Source of the DNA: Chloroflexota bacterium | Lineage (GTDB): Bacteria > Chloroflexota > Dormibacteria > CF-121 | DNA: 64,000 nt | Assembly (NCBI GenBank): GCA_005880615.1 | Contig: VBID01000116.1 | Coordinates: 1,494 to 65,493, forward strand | Direction of reading: 5' to 3' | Shown here: piece after piece, positions 29,049-37,387 of the stretch | How positions within the stretch are numbered: the stretch's first letter is position 1 | Layout of the letters: each line of letters starts with the position of its first letter | Position numbers and translations under genes: made by a program | The notes under the pieces: generated by a model | Databases searched by the model: none | The model's input: only the letters and a program-made list of their open reading frames with translations | Told to the model about the DNA's origin: nothing

Positions 29049-29486
29049 TCAGCGGGCGGGCACGGCCCCCGGTGCCGGGATGAAGCCCAGCTGCTGGAGC
29101 ATGCCGAGCTGATCCTGCACCTGCCAGTGCTCGACGATCTTGCCGTCCTTGACCCGGGTGATGTGGATCGCCTCCCAGGTCGCGGTCTTGCCGCTGGGGG
29201 GCATTCCAGCAAATTCGCCCTTCATCGTGCCGGTGGTGGTGACATGCTGGACCACGAGGTCACCCTCGGCGACCTGAAGATCGATCGTGATCTTGAAGTC
29301 TGGAAAAGCGCTGCGCAACGCCTTGACCAAGAGCTTGACACCTTCGTTACCGGGCGGCATACCCGGAGGCAGCTCGGCGTGGTCGATCGAGTTAGCCGCG
29401 ATCACCTCATCGATGACCTCGAGCTTGCCCCGGTTGAAGGCTTCCAAAGGGATGCGCGCGGCTAGTGCCTTGTTCTTGTCCGACAT
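29049..29486 (-). CDS. SnoaL-like ester cyclase (NTF2 fold)
   Basis: AFPDFKITI...AEGDLVV...GTMKGEFAGMPPSGK...DGKIVEHW...DQLGMLQQLG. GAGGGAGG RBS. Confidence 0.9.
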   Translation of the reverse strand: MSDKNKALAARIPLEAFNRGKLEVIDEVIAANSIDHAELPPGMPPGNEGVKLLVKALRSAFPDFKITIDLQVAEGDLVVQHVTTTGTMKGEFAGMPPSGKTATWEAIHITRVKDGKIVEHWQVQDQLGMLQQLGFIPAPGAVPAR

Positions 29487-29611
29487 ATCATGTCCTCCCT
29501 CGTTGTTGACGGTGGTTTCCCACACTACGCCTTTGGTCCCGGGTTGGGGGTTTAAGTTCGGCCCGACCCTCATCGAGGACGGATAGATAACAGGCCTCAA
29601 TTAGGTAGTCG

Positions 29612-29641
29612 TGGTAGCCCGTGGCGGACACTAAATCGAAC
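29612..29641 (-). repeat. att-like degenerate copy of the tRNA-Glu 3' end (copy 3)
   Basis: TGGTAGCCCGTGGCGGACACTAAATCGAAC. Confidence 0.8.
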
Positions 29642-29824
29642 GACACTAACCGAACTGAATCGCCCTGGGTTTCGTGGAGACTCAGGGGTGGACGAAAGTC
29701 TCTCCGATCCCCTTTCGTAGCCTTAGCCTTCGGGGCTTTCGGGTATTTCGGATGCGGCTCCTGCGGCTTGGGGCGCGGCTTGCGAGGTTCGGCACGGACG
29801 AATCTTAGGCCCTGATCGTCGGAG

Positions 29825-29851
29825 TGGTAGCCCGTTGCGGAGACCAAATCG
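29825..29851 (-). repeat. att-like degenerate copy of the tRNA-Glu 3' end (copy 2)
   Basis: TGGTAGCCCGTTGCGGAGACCAAATCG. Confidence 0.7.
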
Positions 29852-29943
29852 CATAGGGTCACGGTAAGTCCGGCCAGGATTTGGGAAGATCGTTTCACTG
29901 AAGCCCGAATTAGGTTGATAGAGCAGTAGGTTGTACGGGGGAG

Positions 29944-30696
29944 ATGATGGATCCTGTCGAGAGCGAGACACACCGTCGGCTGCTGGCACTGCTGACTCGT
30001 GGGCAGACTGACCAAGATACCATCGCGGGGCGTCTGAGTCCAGACGAGCGCGCGGCGCGCGGCGAGCTGCACGCCTGGAGCGCCAAGGACCACGTGGCAC
30101 ACAACAATTTCTGGCGCCAGGACGCCGTACGACGGCTCCAAGCGGCGCTAGATGGCAGTGAGCCGCCAGATACGGAACGGGACGATACGCAGACTTTGCT
30201 ACTGAACGATCGCGTCTTCGAGGAACAGCGCGAGACCCTCTGGGAGGAGCTAGTGACGGAAACGGCACGGCTCCGCGCCGAGACCGCCGCATTGATTCAG
30301 CGACTCACCGCCGACGACATCGCCCAAAGAGGCCGGTATCCCTGGCAACGGGGCGGATCGCTGGGGGGTTTGATCTTCGTCAATTGGTATGACCACCCCG
30401 CCGAGCACTGGGCAGACATCTATCTGAGCCGCGGTGAGATCGATCGCGCGCTAGAGCTCCGTCAGGCCGTTGTCGCCACCGTTGGGGAGCTCTTCGCACA
30501 CGATCCCACGTTGTATTCGTACATGGTTTACAAGCTGGGAGGCATGTACGCGCGCAACGCCAGATCGGAGCAGGCTATTGGCGCCATCCGCGAGGCGCTG
30601 ACCGTCAATCCCTCCCTCATCGAGTGGGTCAGGAAAGACACCGACCTCGACCCGCTCCGCGCCCTGCCATCGTTCCTAGCGATCGACGAAACCTGA
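29944..30696 (+). CDS. DinB/YfiT-like protein with a C-terminal TPR-like segment
   Basis: WSAKDHVAH and WYDHPAEH His motifs. C-terminal Y.LG..YA...A...EAL..NP.L...D.DL..LR. Confidence 0.75.
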   Translation: MMDPVESETHRRLLALLTRGQTDQDTIAGRLSPDERAARGELHAWSAKDHVAHNNFWRQDAVRRLQAALDGSEPPDTERDDTQTLLLNDRVFEEQRETLWEELVTETARLRAETAALIQRLTADDIAQRGRYPWQRGGSLGGLIFVNWYDHPAEHWADIYLSRGEIDRALELRQAVVATVGELFAHDPTLYSYMVYKLGGMYARNARSEQAIGAIREALTVNPSLIEWVRKDTDLDPLRALPSFLAIDET

Positions 30697-30724
30697 AGCG
30701 GGCGTTCGAATAGTCTTCGGTTAA

Positions 30725-30751
30725 GTAGCCCCTGGCGGACACTAATCGAAC
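30725..30751 (-). repeat. att-like degenerate copy of the tRNA-Glu 3' end (copy 1)
   Basis: GTAGCCCCTGGCGGACACTAATCGAAC, preceded by GGTTAA as at the tRNA itself. Confidence 0.75.
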
Positions 30752-30951
30752 ATTTGAATTGGGGCTGGTCTCGAAAAACCCGCCGTAAACGGTCTGCGCA
30801 CATCAGCCAAGTGCTCAGAGCATGGCAACCACGCACCTCGTCCTTCCTCTGGCCCACTGATGCTCGCCGCGCGTTGTGAGGGTTATAAGCGGTGCGTGCG
30901 CGGGAGCGGATTTACGGGGGAACTTTCGGAGCTTCGTAGCGTTATAGGAAT

Positions 30952-31461
30952 GTGAGGGTTCTTAGGGGAATCGCCGGTCTCGGGGCCGGCATTATTCTGG
31001 CAAGCTGTAATCAGGCAGTACCGACGGCCGGAGCCGACAGCGTTGTCCCCGCTAACGGGCCGACGTGCGCGCCGAGTTTCGTCCATGCGCCGGACCTTGT
31101 CGCCCTGCATGCGCAGCATCCCCCCAGCATGAATGCTCCGGGCACTCTCTCGCTCAATAGCCCGAAACTGCAGCAAATCCTGACTAAGTGGCCCGACCCT
31201 CGATCATTCATCAGTCAGGCAACGCCCCGTGAGCTGGCGACGTACGGCTTCATCGGAGAGCCCGCGTATTCGGGACCTGGCGGCGTAGGGCCGCACTCTC
31301 CTGACGAGCCCGAGGACATTGCCGTTTTTCACGGCAACTGGTCGGCCAGCGAGGTGAACATGCATGGCTCCGGCCATGGTGCACATGTTCGCTGGGTCTT
31401 CGTCGACGCGGGAACGGGAGACGCTTTCGGCGGCGGCTACGCCGACTGCACGAACGAGTGA
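30952..31461 (+). CDS. putative lipoprotein
   Basis: Signal peptide with lipobox ILAS-C. C-terminal VFVDAGTG. Confidence 0.65.
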   Translation: MRVLRGIAGLGAGIILASCNQAVPTAGADSVVPANGPTCAPSFVHAPDLVALHAQHPPSMNAPGTLSLNSPKLQQILTKWPDPRSFISQATPRELATYGFIGEPAYSGPGGVGPHSPDEPEDIAVFHGNWSASEVNMHGSGHGAHVRWVFVDAGTGDAFGGGYADCTNE

Positions 31462-31495
31462 TCATTCTGCGGTGCGGCGCACGGTCAGGGTTAAG

Positions 31496-31573
31496 TGGTA
31501 GCCCGTAGCGGATTCGAACCGCTGATTTCTGCCTTGAGAGGGCAGCGTCCTGGGCCAGCTAGACGAACGGGCC
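31496..31573 (-). tRNA. tRNA-Glu (anticodon CTC)
   Basis: GGCCCGT acceptor stem, CTGCC-CTCTCAA-GGCAG anticodon arm, GGTTCGAATCC T-loop, encoded CCA. Confidence 0.96.
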
Positions 31574-31642
31574 ACGCGGGTCAGGCCGGCAGCGACATCC
31601 TATTATATGTGGGCTGCTTGGCCTGATCTCAGGAGGGTGCCC

Positions 31643-31888
31643 GTGATTTTCGACCCCACCAGCGTCAACTTCGTGATGAGCACGCTGCAGGCTGCCAACT
31701 ATCTCGGCGTCCCGCCTGAAACGGTGGACGATCTCGTCACGCGGAAGCTGATCCCGTTCAGCCGCCTGGGCGAGCGCGTCGTCTTCTCCAAGGCCGCCAT
31801 CGACGCCTGGCTGTACGCCAAATCGATGGAGAACCTCACCGAGGACCTGCCTGGCCTCGGGTTTCATGGGGTGCGCCCACCCGCATGA
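31643..31888 (+). CDS. excisionase-like HTH_17 DNA-binding protein
   Basis: MSTLQAANYLGV...RKLIPFSRLG..VVFSKAAIDAWL. AGGAGG RBS. Confidence 0.8.
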   Translation: MIFDPTSVNFVMSTLQAANYLGVPPETVDDLVTRKLIPFSRLGERVVFSKAAIDAWLYAKSMENLTEDLPGLGFHGVRPPA

Positions 31889-32172
31889 TGAAGCCCGGCC
31901 GGCTGATCCGCACCGCCGTCCTGCTGCTGGCAGCCGCCGCCCTGGCCCAGGAGCTGGGCAAGCCGGAGGCAGAGCGCACCTGGCATGGACGCGTGCTGGG
32001 CGTCCCTTATGACTTCCGCTGGCCTACCTGGCAGCGAATCCGGGACGCCTACTGGAACCCTGGCGACCCGCGGATCCTGACGGACCGGGTGGTGGGGGTG
32101 GGCTGGTCGGTCAATATCGCCCAGCTGATCCCCCGGCTCCGGGAGGCTTACGTCACCCTGTCTGATCGCTAG
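31885..32172 (+). CDS. DUF5808-like small protein
   Basis: GVPYDFRWPT...YWNPGDPRILTDRVVGVGWSVN. Confidence 0.7.
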   Translation: MMKPGRLIRTAVLLLAAAALAQELGKPEAERTWHGRVLGVPYDFRWPTWQRIRDAYWNPGDPRILTDRVVGVGWSVNIAQLIPRLREAYVTLSDR

Positions 32173-32276
32173 CGCCCGTCCCACCGTTACGGTCCCGTAA
32201 CGTCAGCGGCGTCAGGGTGACAGCCTTTTTCCCCGGCGTACGTTCTATTTAACGTGCCCGCTGGCAGGTCCTCCTC

Positions 32277-34244
32277 ATGATCGACACAGTGCGGACACTG
32301 GCCCAGCCGTACTCCCACTACCTGATGTCCCATCGGGACCTGGTGATCGTGCTGATGGGCCTGGTCGTGATGTGGACGGTTGGCCACGACCTGCTTACCC
32401 GCTGGCGAATCCAAAGACTCAATCGGGACGAGGCTGGCGGTCGGACCGACCCCCGCTCGGTCGTGCGTCGCACCTATGCGACAGCTGCGAAAGCCGAGAA
32501 GGCGGCCGAGCCCGAACCGGCGGGGGGCCTGCCGCCCATCCGCGGTGGCCGCACCTATGCGCGCAACCTGGGAAATGCGCTGCAAAAGGCCGGCATCGGG
32601 CCGACCCCCGTGTACACCCCGCCCGCCCCCGCCGGCTGGGGAGCTGGCCCGATGGCGGCGCCCGGCCGAGGCGCTCCGCCACCTCAGTACGCCCCGCCGC
32701 CCGCCCCGCCCTGGGCGACGCCGGGACCGCCGATGCAGCAGCCAGTCGGCCCGCGGCCCGCGCCAGCCCCGGCCGGTGCCGGTCCGTGGCCAACCTACGT
32801 CCCACCGGCCGGGCCTGCGCCAGCGTCGCCTGCGCAGCCGTCTCACCCGTTCTTCCAACCGCCGTTCCAATTGCCATTCCAGCAGGCGGCCTCTGCCGCG
32901 CCGCCGGCGATGCCGCCGGTCGGGGCGGCACCCGCGCTCGGCGTGCCCCTGTCGGAGCCGGTCCCGCCGCCCCTTCCTACCTACGCGCCCACTCCGGTAG
33001 CGATGACGGCCGGGCCCGCCTCCGCTCCGGTGGAGCCGCCAACAGCCAAGGCCAAGCCCAAGCGCAAGCGGTTCTCGCTGTCGGTGCTGCAGAACCTGGA
33101 GAAGACCCTGCAGCGGACGACCGGGTTCGGCGAAACCGCGCCCGTAGCCGAACCGCCCTCAGCATGGACACCCCCGCCCGCAACCATGGCGCCGCCCGCG
33201 CCTATCTCCGTGACGGCGCCGGCCGCCGAGGACGAGCCGGTCGTCTCGGCCTCACAAGAAGAGGAGGCCAGCCCGGCCCCCGACGCGCAAGAAACCACTG
33301 TCGCGCCACACGAAGAGGCAGCGCCCGCCTCGCCCGCCGCGGATTATTCGAGGGTGTGGGAGCAACCACAGCCGGCAGTCTCCGACTCACGCGCCGCCAT
33401 GCGGGCGATGCTCTTCGGCGAGGACGAGGAGGCGTCGCCCCCGGCTGCCGACGATAAGCCGACGTCGGTCACAGAGCCAGCGGCTGAGCCGGAGGAGCCC
33501 GTGTTTCGCTTCGAGCCGGTGGTCGCCGAACCGGCTCCCTCCAGCCATGACGACCTGACGCATGAGGAGACGAGCGTGTCGCCCGAGCCGGTGGAGGCCG
33601 CCGCTGAAGCGGTCGAAACCCCGGCGGAGAGCACCGCAGAATCTTTGGCCGATCCCTGGCGAACCGAACCGCCCGCCGAAACCGCCGAGAATGCCAAGCC
33701 GGCCGAGTCCCAGGCCTCGGTCTCGTCCGCCCCCGACGAATCCGAAACTCAGGTCGAGGAGCCCCTGTTCAGCTCGGTAGCCGCTGAGCCTGCCCCGGTC
33801 GAGCGCCACGGGTGGGCGCCGCCGGAGAGATCCGAAATGCCCACCGGGGGCGATCGGGGCACTCTCGTGATCATCGAGGACGACCAGACGGTGGCCGAGT
33901 ATTACGCGACGCTATTTCGGGGGAACGGCTACACGGTGCACGTCGCCAGCGATGGCATTTCCGGAGTCGACATCTGCGCCAAAGTGAAGCCGAGGGTGAT
34001 CCTCCTGGACGTGATGATGCCTCGGCAGAACGGGATGCTGGTGCTGCAAACGTTGCGCGCCTCGGATGAGACGAAAGAAACGCCGGTGGTGGTGCTCTCC
34101 AACTTCAGCGAGCCAACGCTGGTCAAGCGCGCCCTGCAGCTGGGAGCGCTCGAGTACGTGATCAAGACCCAGGTCGAAGGGGCGGCGCTGCTGGAAGCTC
34201 TGCCTCGGTGGATGAACCGCGAGAAGGCGTTCGCGGCCGCCTGA
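32277..34244 (+). CDS. membrane-anchored protein with a long Pro/Glu-rich disordered linker and a C-terminal receiver domain
   Basis: N-terminal TM, ~450 aa low complexity, then IIEDD...ILLDVMMP...VLSN...YVIK. Confidence 0.85.
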   Translation: MIDTVRTLAQPYSHYLMSHRDLVIVLMGLVVMWTVGHDLLTRWRIQRLNRDEAGGRTDPRSVVRRTYATAAKAEKAAEPEPAGGLPPIRGGRTYARNLGNALQKAGIGPTPVYTPPAPAGWGAGPMAAPGRGAPPPQYAPPPAPPWATPGPPMQQPVGPRPAPAPAGAGPWPTYVPPAGPAPASPAQPSHPFFQPPFQLPFQQAASAAPPAMPPVGAAPALGVPLSEPVPPPLPTYAPTPVAMTAGPASAPVEPPTAKAKPKRKRFSLSVLQNLEKTLQRTTGFGETAPVAEPPSAWTPPPATMAPPAPISVTAPAAEDEPVVSASQEEEASPAPDAQETTVAPHEEAAPASPAADYSRVWEQPQPAVSDSRAAMRAMLFGEDEEASPPAADDKPTSVTEPAAEPEEPVFRFEPVVAEPAPSSHDDLTHEETSVSPEPVEAAAEAVETPAESTAESLADPWRTEPPAETAENAKPAESQASVSSAPDESETQVEEPLFSSVAAEPAPVERHGWAPPERSEMPTGGDRGTLVIIEDDQTVAEYYATLFRGNGYTVHVASDGISGVDICAKVKPRVILLDVMMPRQNGMLVLQTLRASDETKETPVVVLSNFSEPTLVKRALQLGALEYVIKTQVEGAALLEALPRWMNREKAFAAA

Positions 34245-34321
34245 CGTAAGCCCGATCCGTGGCTCGGCGAGAGCCTCTCGAAATACCCCCACCCTACCCT
34301 CCCCGCCGGGAGGAGGGAGAT

Positions 34322-37087
34322 TTAGGAGGGGCTGACGCGCAGGGTCGCAATCTCCCAGGGCCGGACGTCGAACCGGGCGGTGTCACCCTCGAGCGTGACC
34401 GGCTCCAACGGGGCGCCATCGAGCGTGACCCGCAGCACTCGGCTCGGTGTGGGCTTGAATCGGACTCGGGCCTCGTGTGCCTGGTCCGCGGCGTTCAGCA
34501 GCCGCAGCAGGTAGCCGTCGCCGTCGGGGAGGCACGCCGTGAGCTGGATGGTCGCCGGCTCCAGGGTGATGGACGCGCCGCCGCGCCGCGGGTCACCGGC
34601 TCCGCCGAAGATGCCCGCCACCTGGAGCGGCAGGAGGGTTGCCTCGGCCAGCCGCCAGCCGGCGTCCGGTGTCCACTCGCCGTCGTGGAAGCTCAGGCTG
34701 TACTGGAAGCGGTGCGATCCGAACGCCTGGGCGCCCGGGGTCCGAAGCGGCGGTCCAGCATGGCCGCGCCGGAAGCGCAGGTCCTCGCGGGAGAGCCAGC
34801 CGACCGCCCGGATCAGGGTCAGAGCCAGCACCGGCGGCGGTCCGGGCAGGACCTCGTACTCGTGCAGACCATCGGTCACCAGGGTCACGCCGCGCCGGCC
34901 GTCGGACAGGTGCACAAAGCTGCGCATCGGATAGGTGGGCAGTTCCCATTCCGACGCGCCCTCCTCCAGTTGGGCCCGGATCACCGGCCGGCGGGTCACG
35001 TGATAGGCGGTATCGGCGTGCGACCAGGCGACGTCGAACGGGATCGGAAAATGAACCCGGAGGCGATGGTCAGCGGCCTGGTTGTCCAGTTCCAGGGTGA
35101 AGTCCAGCCGCGCCTCCGCGCGTTCCAGCGTCACGCGCTGCCGGACCGGAACCTCGATCACCGTGTCCGACCGCCGGCCCCGGTCCGGGCTCAGGCTGGC
35201 CGGGAGACGGTAGATCAGCTCTCGCTCCAGGGCACCGCGGAGGGGACCGCCTTCCGCCGTCCAGGCCAGGCCGACGCGTTCCGGCTGCGTGAGCGGGGCC
35301 TCGTCCACCGGCGAGAAGTTGTACTCGTCGCCGGCATCGCCCTCGTCCACCAGGCGGTGCAGTCCCGGGTAGGCCATGTCCCGATGCTGCACTGTGATCG
35401 TGCCATCGGATTCGAGCTGAACCGCCAGGCGATCGTTCTCCAGGCGCTCGTCAGCGACGGCCACCCCGGCGTGGCCCCGCGGCCCGGCTCGGGGCGTCAG
35501 CCGCAGCCGGCTCCAGCCGAGGCCGTCGACCCTGCCTGCCGGCACGAGGAGGCGTTGGACAGGCAGGGGCTCGATCTGGATCTGGAAGCGGTGCACGCCC
35601 GGCGTGGTGGCAAACGACTCGGCCGTGCGACTGACCTGGTCGAGGTCGATCCCGGTCGCGCCTCGCCCCAGTTGCACTCGCACCCGGACCTCGGCGCCGG
35701 CCGCTTGGAAGTCGACCGCCCGAACGGCCTGGTTCAGGATGGGGCGCTCGCGCAGCCAACCGAGTAACCCATGCACGTCCTCGGCTGGCAGCTCGAAGGA
35801 TTGCTGCGCATTCGACTGGGCAACGGCCAGCGATTGGACAGCCTGGCGCCCGTCGGGGGTTTCGACGGTCCAGTGCGGGTGGTCGCCGCTGACCTCCAGT
35901 TCCACGAGGCCGGCCCGGGTGAACGGACTCGGGTTCCAGACGACCGCCTCGTAGCGCTCGGCGTCGACGTCGCTGCCTCCTGCCTGGGCAGCGACCCGAG
36001 CCAGCCCGCGGGAGACAACCGCGTCCGCCAGCTGCTGCGCCGCATCGCTGCGACCGCGTGCCTCGACGGACACCGCATCGATGCCGCTGCCGCAGGCGGT
36101 GTCGTGGGCGGCGTTCTGCAAGACGTAGGTCCAGGCCTCCCGCAGAAATCCCTGGGCCGGCAGGCCGGTCAGCGTCGCCAGCGGCTCGGCCAGCCGCTCC
36201 AGGGTCAGGCCGGCGCGGAAGTAGGCTTGCTTGTCCCGACCGCGGATGGAGAGCGTCCCCATCAGGACGTTGGCGCGCGATGAAGCACGCAGCTCTCCAG
36301 CCCAGCGGGGCCAGCCCGAGGTCGGGAGCCGGTCCAGGTACTCGGCGAGTCGGGCCAGGCGTACCGTGACGCCGTCGAGGTGGGTCCCGGTCGCCGCCAC
36401 CGCCGCGGTCAGGCCTAGCTGCGGGGACACGTGGTCGTTGCCGTTCATGACCAGGACGTCTGACCCTGGCCCAAACGGCTCCACCGCCTTCAGGATCGTT
36501 CGAATTCGCCGCGCCAGGGCCTGACCCGTGGTGGGCAGGTCGACCCCCTGGCCATATCCGCCGGCCAGGTAGGCGGCGAGCACCGTGGAACCATCGGGGG
36601 CGACCCACTCGAATGCCACCCGGTCGATGGCGCGGGGCACCCCGCGCATGACCACGGCATGGCGCATCCCGAACTGCCGGTAGATCTGGGGCATCTGGGC
36701 CGCGTGACCGAACGAGTCGGGAAGATATCCGACTCGCATGGACCCGCCGTGGGCCTGGGCCAAGGGAATCCCGCGGGCCAGGTTGCGGACGAGCGTCTCG
36801 CCGCTCACGAGGAACTCGTCCGGTAGCGTGTACCAGGGGCCGACCTGGATCTGTCCGGCTTGAATGGCGCGGTCAACACGCCCGCGGTGTTCGGGGCGGA
36901 TCGCCAGGTAGTCCTCGATGACGACCGTCTGGCCGTCCAGCAGGAAGCGGAACGCGGGGTCGGACTCGGTCAGCGCCAGCAGGTCATCCCAGAGATCGAC
37001 CAGCCGGGCTCGGAACGCCTGGAAGGGCGCGTACCACTCGCGGTCCCAGTGCGTGTGGGGAACGATGAAGACGGTGGTCGAAGCCAG
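34322..37087 (-). CDS. GH38 alpha-mannosidase family protein
   Basis: The frame is open upstream of the 36808 track start: VPHTHWDREWY, LLDGQT, VGPWY, then YLPDSFGH, NGNDH and NAAHD. Probable CTG start at 37087. Confidence 0.9.
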   Translation of the reverse strand: MASTTVFIVPHTHWDREWYAPFQAFRARLVDLWDDLLALTESDPAFRFLLDGQTVVIEDYLAIRPEHRGRVDRAIQAGQIQVGPWYTLPDEFLVSGETLVRNLARGIPLAQAHGGSMRVGYLPDSFGHAAQMPQIYRQFGMRHAVVMRGVPRAIDRVAFEWVAPDGSTVLAAYLAGGYGQGVDLPTTGQALARRIRTILKAVEPFGPGSDVLVMNGNDHVSPQLGLTAAVAATGTHLDGVTVRLARLAEYLDRLPTSGWPRWAGELRASSRANVLMGTLSIRGRDKQAYFRAGLTLERLAEPLATLTGLPAQGFLREAWTYVLQNAAHDTACGSGIDAVSVEARGRSDAAQQLADAVVSRGLARVAAQAGGSDVDAERYEAVVWNPSPFTRAGLVELEVSGDHPHWTVETPDGRQAVQSLAVAQSNAQQSFELPAEDVHGLLGWLRERPILNQAVRAVDFQAAGAEVRVRVQLGRGATGIDLDQVSRTAESFATTPGVHRFQIQIEPLPVQRLLVPAGRVDGLGWSRLRLTPRAGPRGHAGVAVADERLENDRLAVQLESDGTITVQHRDMAYPGLHRLVDEGDAGDEYNFSPVDEAPLTQPERVGLAWTAEGGPLRGALERELIYRLPASLSPDRGRRSDTVIEVPVRQRVTLERAEARLDFTLELDNQAADHRLRVHFPIPFDVAWSHADTAYHVTRRPVIRAQLEEGASEWELPTYPMRSFVHLSDGRRGVTLVTDGLHEYEVLPGPPPVLALTLIRAVGWLSREDLRFRRGHAGPPLRTPGAQAFGSHRFQYSLSFHDGEWTPDAGWRLAEATLLPLQVAGIFGGAGDPRRGGASITLEPATIQLTACLPDGDGYLLRLLNAADQAHEARVRFKPTPSRVLRVTLDGAPLEPVTLEGDTARFDVRPWEIATLRVSPS

Positions 37088-37101
37088 GGCAGCCTCAGAC
37101 C

Positions 37102-37269
37102 TTACATACGCCGGCGAACGACGATGAGCATGCCGGCCAGGGCGAACCCGATCACGATCAGCAAGGCCGCCACCCAGTAGTCAAGGGTCAGAGGCGGAGC
37201 CGTGCTGTAATCGCTGCGGGGGTTGACGCACTGGATGGGGACGATGCAGTCTGCCAGCACCGTAAGCAC
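37102..37269 (-). CDS. small single-TM protein
   Basis: GTG 6 nt after a TACACT -10, TM segment, RRR tail. Confidence 0.5.
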   Translation of the reverse strand: MLTVLADCIVPIQCVNPRSDYSTAPPLTLDYWVAALLIVIGFALAGMLIVVRRRM

Positions 37270-37387
37270 GGCCCGAGTGTAACAAGTCGATCGCGAGGCC
37301 ACGTTACCACTGGCACCCTCCCCTCCCCCTCCCTCCAGGGAGGGGACAATTAGGGAGCGGCCCGTTGGTACCGCACCCTGTCGCTCT

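Noticed and set aside
29488-30141. 217-aa minus-strand ORF with DLVSATGYH twice
   Set aside because: The peptide repeat is the translation of two att-like DNA repeats, and the ORF overlaps the DinB-like gene.
31643-31888. Prophage or ICE inferred from the excisionase-like gene next to tRNA-Glu
   Set aside because: No integrase, phage or conjugation genes are present, and HTH_17 proteins are often ordinary regulators.
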